Assembly (NCBI GenBank): GCA_907165135.1
Contig: OU015568.1
Span: 8,308,001-8,372,000, forward strand
DNA: 64,000 nt
Origin: Oikopleura dioica
Lineage: Eukaryota; Animalia; Chordata
Direction: 5' to 3'
Of the stretch, positions 12,817-25,162 are shown piece after piece; positions within the stretch are counted from its first letter, which is position 1, and every line of letters begins with the position of its first letter. The notes under the pieces were generated by a model. It saw only the letters and a program-made list of their open reading frames with translations, had not been told where the DNA came from and searched no databases. The position numbers were made by a program, and so were the translations under genes.

Positions 12817-13311
12817 ATGAATTTGATCCCGACAATCGTCTTCATTTTCGCCACTTTTTGCGACGCCTTCCCAGCTTTCAACCGCGCCAACACCCGACCA
12901 GTCCAACTCTACGCCCGAACAGGCCACTTCATGGACGTCAACGCGAAGGGAAAAGTCCGGCAGACCCACAAGCACAACCGACTCACATCGCTTCTTCATC
13001 TTGAACCAGCAGGTCGCGGCCATCGAATTCTCCTCCGCGCTCTCGCTTCTGGAAAGTACCTGACCATTACTCGCCGAGGCCGCGTCAGGGGAACAACGAA
13101 GAGAAACGAAGCGACTGAGTTCGTCGAAGAGCGAATCAAGGCGAACAACTTCCTGTCCTTTGGCCTTCCAAACACGAACTGCAAACTGATGGTTTCTCAA
13201 CGCGGCTACGAAATTTCCTGCAACAACTCGCGAGCTCAACGGAACAAGATCTCCTTTCTTGCGATGAGAAGCCACTTGCCAAGAGCTCTTTACGATTCCT
13301 TGAATCTCTGA
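12817..13311 (+). CDS. FGF: Intronless fibroblast growth factor with predicted signal peptide (164 aa)
   Basis: Hydrophobic leader MNLIPTIVFIFATFCDA. FGF core motifs QLYARTGHFMDVNAKGKV, LRALASGKYLTITRRGRVRG and EFVEERIKANNFLSF. AATAAA at ~13368. Subfamily not assignable by eye. Confidence 0.88.
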   Translation: MNLIPTIVFIFATFCDAFPAFNRANTRPVQLYARTGHFMDVNAKGKVRQTHKHNRLTSLLHLEPAGRGHRILLRALASGKYLTITRRGRVRGTTKRNEATEFVEERIKANNFLSFGLPNTNCKLMVSQRGYEISCNNSRAQRNKISFLAMRSHLPRALYDSLNL

Positions 13312-13483
13312 TTCTGTTTCTAGCCTTGCTTACTTATTTATCTATATATGATTATTCTATCTATTTTAATAAATTTTATAAAAGTAAATGAATCATTTTG
13401 AAATTTATCGAGGATAAGAACAACTGGGAGAAAAAGACAAAAATTTTATTACTGCGCTGTGGGATCGCGAAATGTTTGAATTT

Positions 13484-13970
13484 TTCTCTAGATTTTTTGT
13501 TGATGTCAGGGCTCAAAGATTTCAAATGGTCAATCTGCGGGTTTACACAAGTCCGAAAGAGCGAAAATGAAGGTAAGACTCGAATTTAGAGATGATTTTC
13601 AAGAGAAAATACTTTTGAAACATTAAATTTTCAGAAAAATGTCAAGTCGCCGAAGAAAGGGCGACTTCAATGCGAGAAGGGACCCGAAAATGGGTCCTTG
13701 CGAGGTTGAGGGCGATGGCTGCACGATCAAGATGCCTTCGAAGGAGTTCCAGAGCACTTGCCTGGGTTTTCGTTTGGTACGATAACACGGAGCCTAATCC
13801 TATGACAGGAGCAAGTCAACCTTAATTTCGACGAAACCTCTTCCGCAAGAGTTATCGCAATAGCGAATCTCGAGAAAATTATTGACAATAAAAGTCTTAA
13901 AATGTAACAATTCTTGTGTCTTTTCTTTGCAGGATGTTAGCTTAGAAAAAAAGTGGTTCAATACAGTTGT
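13484..13970 (+). repeat. Dispersed paralogous segment, copy B (partner at 2540-3010)
   Basis: Same conserved blocks as copy A, in the opposite orientation. Confidence 0.75.
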
Positions 13971-14037
13971 ATTGAAGGTGAAGTTTCAGTCATCAGTAGA
14001 AAAAGAAACCTGCGCATTTACAAAAATTCTAACAAAG

Positions 14038-16241
14038 TCAATGGTGAAATTCGTCAGTTAGATAGATCATGTAAGCTTGAGGAAGAAGATACCATTTGTT
14101 CGCCTCCATATTAATATTTTCATTGACCAGCCGCATAGATTCGTTGTTGTCTCCGAAATAAACGAACTCACCCAAATTCTGATCGTACTGGTGCTTTATA
14201 AAATCGTATCGAGCATAGTATGCATCTCTCTTTTTGATTTTTAAAAGTGATCCGCCAGCGTTGAACTGGGTATTTTGGAGGATGTATTCGTCGTTTTCAA
14301 TTCTGTCAAGGACCATTTGATGAAAGAAAACTTCGCCATCATCAAGCAAATACGCGCCAGTTACAGTCAACGGGCGTTCAAATGAATAATTTTCGTGAAG
14401 AAAGACTAAAAGTTTTTCGAGATTATAATATTATGCATTCTTTGATAGCATTTTAATTTGCTTAATAAAATTAACCTTTTTTATAATAAAACTTGGACCA
14501 AGGAGCACCGTTATTGTATCCCCTCATAATGCGCCATCCACTTCTACGAACAAACGTTCTTTGCTCCATTCTTTTGAGGAGAGTTTCTATCTGGCTTTCT
14601 TGAAATTCGCATTCAAGTTTGTTTGGATTCAAGTCGAGCCCAGCCATGCTTCGAGGATAAAGAATCATTGTCAAAATATTGAAGACATTCTCAAAACTGT
14701 AAACACCTTTTTTGTCTTCAAAATTCAAATCGCTTTTGACTGCATGGCAGATAAGAGTAGCAACAGAAATCGGGACGCAAAGATTTGATTCTTTTTGGTC
14801 GAGGACGTTTCTTGTTAAATTTTGAAAACCCATATTGAGGCATCGAGTGATTTTTGGCTTCAGAAATGACATTTGAAGAGATTTGGTGAGATTTGGATCG
14901 TCCAAGCAAAAATCTGGCATCGCATCTGGTAAACAAATAATCTTCGAGATTCTCTTTATAGCGTAAATTCTTTCTGATGTAATAGGACACCCATAGAAAA
15001 TATTACGTGCATCGCACTTCTTTCTTAAATTTCAGAAATAAATTCTTTTCATCAATTTACCTCCAATAGGTCTTCAATCAGTCTCATTTCGGCTAAATCA
15101 AGAGGTCTATAAAGCAGTGTCCATGCAGTTTTCCATTCAGAAAGTATGAATACGAAAATATCTAAATAGTTTTCCATCATGTGATGGTCACTGACTTGAT
15201 CCATTGAAGAAAATGCAGGAGATCCGAAGTCTTAAAAATTATTATTTCACTTCATTATTAAATCCTACATGTCTGTCTATGTCCCCAGCTATGATCCCAC
15301 TTTGCTCCTCGTCGGACGTATCCCATCTCTCTGTAGCTCTCCCGTCGATTCATTGAGAAAAGAACACCAAAGTCAATTATTTTTGGCTCATCATTTAGCA
15401 TCAAAATATTTTCCGGCTTTAGATCCAAGTGATGGATTCCAATTTCAGTTAAATACTCGTATCCTTCCATCACTCCAATAGCAATTTTTTTCCTCTCAGC
15501 CAAGGTAAGCTCATTAGATTTCAGATGTGTTCTCAAATTCGTCTGACATCGTTCCATTATTGTGATCCATCCAAGACAATCTTCTTTCTCAACATCCAGT
15601 CCATCGAAAATTTCGATATTTGCAAGATTTGAAATCACGTTTTTATGAACTGGAATACGGTTACCCCCATGATCGGCGTGATTGAGCGTTTCTACGCCCT
15701 CGGCCTTTTTGTAATCTATTTCTTTTATTGCTTATTATGAGATAAGTATTTTACCGTTTGAAAGATTGATTCTAAGGCCGTATTTTTTGCTTATTCTTGA
15801 ATCGGTAAAGAGCGCCGAATCAAATGCTTGAATTCTAACAGCAACATCTAATCCTCCTATTTTTTGCTCCAATACAATCGCTTCTCCTCCAGCAGAAATA
15901 ATATTTCCCAAAGCACAGTTTTCCCAGCTCCCTCTTTCCTCTGCTAACTCGCTCCTTTCGATGGTCCTCCCGAGTAACTCTGGATTTTCCTCAAGAATTT
16001 TTCGCTGAGTAAAGCTCAAATTCCATTCTTCTTTGGCTCCATTTTGACAGAAAGATGTTCCTTTTCCACCCTCAAATATGACGCTAAACCAGTTTTGAGT
16101 CGGGAAATTCATCCTTTCCATCGATAGAAGAAGCCTGTCCCTATCATTTCTAGTTGTTTTTCGTTTCAATTTCGGTAAGAACTCATCAAGCCATATCCCA
16201 ATAACTTCTCTTGTTAAATTCCCTTGGCATTCAGTGTTCAT
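14038..16241 (-). CDS. Protein kinase-like domain fused to a C-terminal papain-fold cysteine-protease-like domain (671 aa, 5 exons)
   Basis: Exons 16241-15755, 15715-15269, 15230-15061, 15019-14476 and 14405-14038, joined by GT-AG introns of 39/38/41/70 nt, give one open frame of 2016 nt. Kinase motifs: SAGGEAIV, VAVR, HKNV, HHLDLKPEN, DFG. Protease motifs: DQKESNLC, RPLTV, FHQMV, YILQNT. Confidence 0.85.
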
Positions 16242-16383
16242 ACTTCTGTCAATTCAGTTTCTAAGGCCAAACTGACTACGTCTGACCATGCAAATCATCA
16301 ATCAAATATTGTCTTTAACATTAATGCACCAAAAATAAACAAAACAAGGTCTTTAGACACCTTTATTGAGTAAAAACAACATT

Positions 16384-18785
16384 TCAGTTAATAGACAGCA
16401 GTTGAATATCGCTCGTTAAATCATCTTCAGCTCGCAGAAACGCCGGCAATTCCTTTTATAAAATTAAATCAACCGGAAAAACATATTTTAGTAAACTTAT
16501 TTGATCAAATAATCAAAGTGGACGGTGAGGATAATTGTGACAGAATCAAGAGTGGTGCGTTTTACATTACCTACCAAATTTGCTTTATCCAGCATGCCTC
16601 GTTGATTCTCAATCCGGCCACGTGATACAAGTAATTCTGCCAAAGAAATATCTTTTAGGACTTTCGATTCGTTCGTTTTTCAAGTCAAATTTAAAGTTGA
16701 AAAATTGAATAATCCTTTCCTTCTGAGCTTCTACTATTGGAACACCTTGTAACTGAAGATATTCTTACTGTATTTGTTTCTATATCTGATTGTTGCTCAG
16801 AAACTGAGTCTTTTTCGAAAATAAAAGAGCCGTTTCTTGAGCCATTCCTGCTACGACTTGACTTGTTTGAAGAGGCTTTCCATTGTCGTCCGTGATTTTC
16901 AACTGATCGAGTAATAATCCGACTGAAGTTCTGTGTCATTAATGATCTCAGTGAGAGATTCTTTGATTCCGAGCGCAAGTGCGCCGAACGACTTGCCTTG
17001 AAGTTTTTGGAGGACGTGCTGGATTACTTGGGATAAAATCTTATGCGGCTTGGCGCGCACTTCGATCATCTCCGATTCAAACAACACCTTATTATAGATT
17101 AGGACAATTGAACCTTTCAAAAGCGCAAGGATCCGAATTGCAGCAAGAAACAAGCAACAAGAGCCCCTTCCAAAAGTTCTGAACTAGAAATCGAATTGAT
17201 CAATTTCGAGTCGAAAACTTAAGGGGGGTCTCTGCTTATCGTTTATATTAAAAACTTCAGAAACTTACTTTTAAATTGACTCTCACTTCTCCAAAGACCT
17301 TGGCCCCGGCAAGAGTAGCAGTGCTCAATTGAAGCCAGTTCGCTGATAAAACATCTGTTCGGATGGAAGCGACAGAAAGTGACCACTGAACAGAGCAAGC
17401 TGGAGGCACATTTGAAAAGCACAAACGAAGAAGTGCATCAATTGTTCTAGTGTGACCGTCAGCTTCTATTGTGAATTCATCGCCGGTACTCAGCTGGACG
17501 TATACATGTGTTTCTGTCTATTTCAAGGATAATAATAGACCTCTATCAGTTCTATGAGAGACATAAATAAAGAACAAAACAATGAAAGAGATGTAAAAAT
17601 ACATTTTTAAAATTATCCTTGAGCGATTGACTACGAGCTACTTTTGAGCATTTTTCTTTCGATTCTTTGCCTAAATTTTTCATTATTATTTTTGGTGAGC
17701 TAAAAAAAGCTGAAACCTTTTGTAACATTCCGAATTAATTGAAGAGCGCTTCTTCTTCTTTTTGTCTTTTTTCGTATCGAAGCATCGCAAAAGGTGGAAT
17801 TTGAAGATCTTCGTCGATGCTCGAGGATTCGGAAGACTGTTTCTTGCTGTTTTATTGACTAGAATGGGAAGTTCTGAGGAGAATATAGAATTTTCACTTA
17901 CGGTCAGATTTTTGAAGGAACTGTCGAATATTTCGTTGTATAATGTTGACTTTTCATGGCTCGCAAAATTCAGCAAAAAGGACAAATATTCAAAATTCAA
18001 GTTTAATTGAGTCCGCTCCTTGAGAAATCGAGGATAAGAATCGTATCGCAGCATGTCCCTATTTCTAGTTTTTGAAGCTGAAATCATAGAAGAGAATTCT
18101 CTCAATTTAGTAGTTCCTTTTTGATGATTTGAAAGCTTCAGAACTAGTTCCTAATTGCGTCCTGTGCAGCGTCGAAGAGAGACGATTTGATTTCGCCGCG
18201 CTCAAAAGAACGGAAAATGCCAGTTTCGATTTCAGCCGACAGGTTCACCGGCGTTTCTGATTTATCGCCGATGAATCTGAGAATAACGTCCTCTGCTGAC
18301 TCTAAATGCAGGGCTCGTCGTTAACATTTCAAAAAGGAAAAACGCTGCCGAAGCGGCATTTTTGATTGATAAGGGATTTACTAGAGGGTCTTCCCAATCG
18401 ACTTACTTTTCTGCTCGACGAAATTCACTTGCTGCGAAAACCTTTTCGCTGCGAGAAGAAAATTCAAGTTCTCTGAAGCGAATTCATCTTGAAGAAAGGC
18501 AGCAAAGGCCAGTTTTCCAGCTGGATCTTCTATAAGATTCTCTAAGTTCTGCGACCAGCTCATTGTCTTTCTCGGAATGGCACAGGGCAAGGATCCACGA
18601 CGGCGACTGGTCGGGGTACTCGGTGCAGAACCGGATGATAAGTGGCGAGATTTGAAAGCTTCGACAAAGTCCGACACATCCCGCTGAGGTGTCAACGAAG
18701 GCGGGGTCACCAGGGATCGACGCCGATTGTGGCCAATCGACATCAATTTTGATACTTTTCTCGTTCCCTTCTCTCCTCCGATCAA
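16384..18785 (-). CDS. RGS12/14: RGS12/14-type regulator of G-protein signalling: RGS domain, two RBDs, GoLoco; 5' exons probably extend toward ~19750
   Basis: RGS: WSQNLENLIEDPAGKLAFAAFLQDEFASENLNFLLA...PVNLS...FDAAQ..I..ML..DSYPRFLK. RBD2: IEVRAKPHKILSQVIQHVLQK. GoLoco: RIENQRGMLDKANL/ELPAFLR. Confidence 0.88.
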
Positions 18786-21700
18786 TGGCAGCGTCTCATT
18801 TTCAATCTTTATTTCTGTCTTACCAGTATCTTAACATAAAAATTAGTGCGCACGAGAATATATAAATTAGTTTGTCTTTGCGGTACTAAAAGATTTTAAT
18901 GTTTCTCTAGCTCTCGAATTAGGAAATGGTTTCTTCGGGCAAATAATAAGGACAAGGTGATGTTCGGAGATCCATGTTGTTAGCTTCTACTTGTTTGATT
19001 ATTTCTTCTGGATTTTCCATTTGGACGATTATGAACATCTTCAGATGTGATCTTCCAAAATGCTCGTTCTACACAATGTCTCTTACTTTAAATAAAACAA
19101 TTAAAAGGGCGATTACAAATGTAAGTTTTCTTCAGTCAAAAGTAGAGTCGACTCTTCTGCGTGTGATCTTATAAAAGAGAAATGCGCCAGCGTCAGAATA
19201 TATACACTGCGAGCAATATTTGAAGAGCCCGTTCCGTCTTGCTTCGCAGTTCCGTATGGTGCCCAGACCGTTATGAGCTCCTATCGAAAAGATGCAAATG
19301 TCCTTTGGGGCCGCTTTATTGCTATAAAAATTCTCTGTTTCTTACAAATCTTACCCGAAAATTAAAGAAAAAAATGTCAAAGAGGAAAGTCAGGAAGTTT
19401 GTTTTTCAGGGTGACCGGGCAAGATGAATGCTATGGATTTCTGTTTATTCAGTTTTTATTCGTTTATAAATTTTAAGAGAAAAAAAATCGATTTTGAATA
19501 CAAAAAGAATGGAAAGATGCATTTCCACGAGCGAGTGCATCTTCCATAATTACGCCTGTCACTCGATCTTTCTAGCGTTTTTTGTCATTTTCGCTTCGCT
19601 CCGCTCATCAAAGAGACTGCCGCTCAGCAGAATAATGAGAAAATGGCATTCGAAATGTTCGATGTGTCTTAATGTATCAAATGTTACTGAGTCTGGTGCG
19701 CGTTTGATGATTTTCTCGCTTTGAATTTGCGCCCCGGTCCGGAACGACCTCACTCACCTGTGAAAATTAACTTCAGATTCTGAAATAACGATGCGCACAA
19801 GCAGCGCACATCAAAAATTCGTACACACTCATTAGACGCTCAAGGTCAGCTGCTGATTATTTGTGACTTTGTGGCAAATTCTACTGTAATTTTCAAAAAC
19901 AAATGCCGGTTTTTTTGTAAAACTCATGTCAAGTGATAAATATTCTTTATTCAAATTATCAATTTAAGCAATTTAAAGATGTTGACAAAAAAGATGCCTG
20001 CCGTACAAGTGGTCAAGATCAGAAAAGATTGTAGGTTTTGTATCGCTTTCATTTCATTTTAACAACTGATGAAATTTATTAATTGCAGCAATTATTTACC
20101 GGTCAAAGTAAATTTACTGATGCAGAAACCTTGGTCTTGAAAACACAGTTATACGATGGGTACCCCCCTAATTTTAAAGCTTTTTGGACTTTTTAGGGAG
20201 TCTACTTTGGTAAGGTAGGTATTTATCCGAGTAGGAAGTTGTGACTTTCGCCATGATGATTGATGTTTTGTTGCATTTCTTCCGGGCGATTTGTATCGGA
20301 CTTGTTCCGTCACGGTGTCCAGCGTTGATAAAAATCGGAAGTAGAGGAACCCTCCTTATCCCTACGGCCAATTAGTCTGATGTCCATTCATACTCTCGCC
20401 GTCCTGCCGCGCCATATGATCAAAGGCACTTCCGCCCATCTGATTATTGGTGATAACGTTTGAGAACCCTTGTTACGGGTCAATTCGCTCTTGCCCCTTG
20501 CGAAAAACATCATAGAACTTTGCGAATAAATGTACTGAAAAGAAAAATACCGGAAAAATGGACGACAGTTTTCTTTATTGAAGTGAAAGATTCGATAAAT
20601 TGTAATTATGTTTCAGATAGATCATTCATCAAAAATTGCCGACGAAGCAGAAAAGAATAGATTGAAAAGTGCGATCTATACATGATATCATCAGATAAAA
20701 AGAACCTAATGGATTGAGGGAAGAATATGATTAATTTTCTGATAACTTATCAGTGATAAGGAGAGTATAATGCCTGTAATTTTGTTCTTTGTTGGACCAT
20801 ATAGTATGAGAGGAAATTTTTGAAGCATCTACAAACTCTACAGAATACTCTAAGGTCGAAAAATATCCCCTTTTCAAAGCTCTCAAAAATTTGCACCGAA
20901 GAACAGGCTGAGGTAATTAATGGCTTGCGCCCTTTTTAGGTTTGTGTGAGCAGCATACCATCAGTGGCCGGGCGTTGACACCTTCCTCTCACGCTATAGG
21001 AACGCATCTGCGGTCATCCGTCATCGTTTTTACATTGTCGCAAAAGAAAATCTTTTCGAAAAGATTCCGCTCCCACGTAAATGCCTTCGCGCGTTTTACA
21101 TAATTCCTACTTCTTGAGTTTTTTGTATGCAGACTTGATTAATTGGCTTCCACTAATCCGTCACCACAATTAGCTTGTTTATTGCAATCTGTTTTGAGCA
21201 GCGAACCTTGAGCTCTGCTCAGGCCGGATCAAAAACGCGCCGCTCACTCTCTCACAACGACTCGCCAGGTAAACTGCTGAGACGTGAAGCTAGAAAACGA
21301 AAATCAGCAGAAATAGAAAAAAGGATTAACGGCGTAAAGTTTCGCTGGTGGGAACACCATTCTTGCGGCAAAAGCTATTAGAACTTCTGAGACGCTCATT
21401 GAGAGCAGCGGCTTTCAACCTGAAGAGTGACGTCTGTCTTGGATCATGGTCAACCGCGGTAATATTTGATGGTTCTTCTTCAAAAAATTCTTTTCAAGCA
21501 ACAACAAATTTTCTTCAAAAATGTTATTCAAACGTATATTTAAGGAGGCCTGTTTCGTAAGAATAAGAGTTATCTAAATTTGTCTTTTTACTTTTAAGAC
21601 AGTGATACCCTTATTTTATATTATCATCAAAACAGCAAGAGAGATCTTTATAAGGAAGTAAAAAACGGAGTTTCTTCGTTAAATCTACAATTATGATAAA

Positions 21701-23175
21701 CCCGTTTTTTGACTGAAATCAATGAACAGCGTCTACGCAATGATATGATCCAAAATAATCGAACAACAGGTAACAGCGTATCTAAATGAGGCAAAAACAA
21801 ATCAACTCCAAAAAAGAAAACCTCGTAAAAGTGCTCGCCACTTCCGTTCTCGCACGCTTTCATGCGTCGTTGACTCGTTTTTTCCCACCCGTGTTTTACG
21901 AAAAGTGTATATCTGATGGATCAGCGAAGAATACAAAGAGGAAGAATCCACAAATTACTGGTTATGGTTGTTTCGCGGAGATCGGCGACGTGTGAGACGC
22001 GCTGAGCCGCGGAGATTACCTCCAACACTTTCGCGCTGAGCCCTAGGACTAGAACATTTCAACGCGGATTTATGAAAAGACAATTGTCGACACTAGAAGT
22101 AAATCCATTCTCAGACTTTGAGTTAAGCCATTATTGATTGTTCAAAGGCGTCAAAACTCTCACGCCTTTTTCAATAATAATAACAGCTTTTCTATTGATC
22201 ATTTCCGGTGAAAATGAATTTTAGCGTCGTGACGCCCTTATTTTTTCAGTTGAAATGGTCGAGAATAGTTCAAGACTATCAAAAATAAGTCTCGAAAAAT
22301 TCTTGAGCCTGGGAACCGGGCGCTGGCGACAAAAAATGTCGAATTTCCGCCCGCTCGTCCGAGCCCACTCTCGAGCAGCACTTGTTTATCTTTCGTGATG
22401 CCGCCTTAGAGTGAGTCCTGTCTTTGATTTTCAACCCTCTTTCTTAAATTCGAGATTTTTGATAACGAATAATGCAATTTCTTTCCCACGAAAGACGACA
22501 ACAACTTCAGATTCCCTCAAAAAAGACACTTTTTCTCAAAGTAGAATAAGGGTGTTACTGCTTTAAATATGTTTTTCGGTGAAAAATTTATTTTGTGAAC
22601 TTTTATAGTCCCTTTCTTGAATAACAGAAATCTACTTAGAACTTCGCATCTTTCGGCATTATCCTTTTTAATCATCAATTGATTACCTTCTTTTATGTAA
22701 ATTTCATATATAAAGTATATTCGCATGAATGGATTTGGTAGTTATCGGAGTGTATCACCTCTCGCTCTCTCTATTAACATATATTTAAACACATCTAATA
22801 GAGAACTTCAAAAATAAGAATGAACCGTGGCCAGCTTATCGCTTCACTCCTCAAGTCAAAGGTAAACATGGAACTTCTATTTTTTTATCACTGAGATTGA
22901 TTCATATCCTTCCAAGTTAGTATAAACTTGCCTGTTTTGAGGAATAAAAATCTTTAAAAAAAATTATTTAAAAAATATTTTTAAAATTATTAAAAAAAAT
23001 AAAACCTGAAATTGGAACTTATCGACTTGAAGAAAAAAAGTTAACAGTCAAAAAAAGTGTGTTGAAGCGGATAATAGGTTTTTTGGCTTATCGCTTGTGA
23101 AAATATTTTTGCAAGGAAGTGCTCGGCCCATCGATCGCTCATTGTGCTCACTTCGTCTTCAGCAGGTCGCTAAGC

Positions 23176-23566
23176 TCAAGTGCACCTGCACCAAAAGCTC
23201 AACTTGGACTCGCTCATTTCCGATTTTACACTTGAGAATCGACAAGTGCTTATGCATTCGATTTCCATTAGTTCCGAGTCTCCAGGTTCGAGGCTTATTG
23301 TATTGAAATTTTCCAAGTGGAAAAAGTTCCGTTCAGTTTTTCCTTCTGCTATGAAATCAGGTAGAACGATGTCTACCCCCTTAATGATTTCATAAGTTTT
23401 AAAATTTACTATGTTTCCTTCAAAATTTAACATTGACCGCGTCGTTTACGGACTTCGCTTGGGAGAGCGGTGTCTGCCGGATCGTTAAGTTCCTTTGAAG
23501 CGCTGTCGACTTCCTCTCAAATCCGTTTTTGAAGAAGTCCTGGGAGTCGACGGAAGCGTCTGTCAT
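23176..23566 (-). CDS. Possible two-exon orphan ORF (~110 aa)
   Basis: A phase-0 GT-AG intron at 23437-23380 joins MTDASVDSQDFF...SVNDA to GVDIVLPDFIAEG...FWCRCT*. No recognisable motif. Confidence 0.35.
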
Positions 23567-25007
23567 CAGATGGCGCTAAATACCATTATCCGCAGCTATT
23601 AGTGTTGCCCAACTGGAGCGAGTGGAATCGTAATATATATTTTGCTCGATGGATTTATTCATTCTTAGTTTGTACTTTGAGCGCCGTTAATATGTATCAT
23701 TCGGCTCGTTTTGGAAGCCATAGTATCAATTATTCTCTGCACTAATTGAAATTTTTAACCCTCTGAAGTTAACATGAATTGGATGACTTTCTTTATATAA
23801 AAAAGAGACTTCCAATAAGGCGGCATTTTTATTTTAAAATTGAGATAAATATAACAAGTTGGTATTTATAGAACCAAACCTCTTTATCTAGTACCTGATG
23901 AATGATATTATCAAGCTTTTCAAAGCAATTATGTGTGTTTATCAATATATCGCAAGGTGTAACTTGTTTTATTCGGACCTTATCTGAAACAAGGAGCATC
24001 AATTTTTGAAACTACGAAGGCTAGTTTACCCCTTTAAAAAAGAATGACAGCTTTTACATTTGATTTTCTTGGAAACAATAATGCCAGGGAGGGTTGCATG
24101 ATCTTTTGCGCAAGAATTTCCGGTCGGAAGCAGCCGTGACTGTACGACAATTGACAGTTGTCAATGTCTAGTTCGCCCTAACCTCCGAAAAGGCGCTAGC
24201 TTAGCTGCGTTTAATGCAGCTAGCCAACGAAGGTAGCAATTTTCGTGCAGGTACGAATTAACTATCAACTTATCTAAGCTCCCTCTTCGGCTGCCGTCGC
24301 AAATTGGCACCTCGCGATCCCACCGAGAGTGCCCGCGGGCCTCCGAGTTCCTCTTCAGGAGCTCATCCGGATTCCACATAAAAACTAATGTTCCAATGCT
24401 TTTTAACTTATATTTGAGTACCCAATTAATAATGGCCCATTATTATTACTATACTGGCTGTATAAATACAATCGGTAAATTATTTTATTGGTAAACATTC
24501 AAGTGAAGCTTTATTGTTACTAACTTACCTTTATAGTTGTCCTTTGGTAGGATATAAAATTTAGTTGCTTTGAAGAAACGAATATATAAACTAACATAAA
24601 ATAGGGATCATCATCGAAAATAACATTGAAAACTCAAGAAATACAAAAAATGAACACAGATCTATCCGAAAATTCTTGAAAAACCTGAAAATATGGTTCA
24701 TTAATCATGGTAAAAATACTGATTATGTTATGATTAGCAATAATAGCATCGCTGCATGCGTTAATGTTTTACGGCTGCAGTTGGTGCTCAGCGAAAGTGG
24801 AGTAAAAGTGTGATAGGTGGCGCTGTGTGGTTGGGATCGGCGTCGTCCCGCTCCGGTCGCTCGGGCCGATTCGATTTCGCTGGGGCTGCTAGGGGGCGCT
24901 CGCACGCTGCCACTGTGGCGAACGTAATTCCCGGTTAGGGCAGCTCCGCCGCTCTCTCGGAGTAATTGTACCTGATAGAGAATGGTAGGTAGCACCCGCC
25001 AGCCGCA

Positions 25008-25013
25008 TATAAA
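25008..25013 (+). promoter_or_regulatory. TATA box upstream of Dlx first exon
   Basis: TATAAA about 150 nt upstream of the in-frame ATGs at 25163 and 25199. Confidence 0.5.
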
Positions 25014-25162
25014 CCCATAATTTACACCCCCATAATTTCGCCTTTAATTTTTCACTATCAACCCCTCCTCCAGCTAATAACGGTCTCGGAAGGCAGGAAT
25101 CATAGAGAAAAACGAAAGAAAGAGAACAGAAAGACACTCAGCGATAGCACCCTCCTTTAATT

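Noticed and set aside
12715-13275. 186-aa minus-strand ORF
   Set aside because: Antisense shadow of the FGF gene; no motif of its own.
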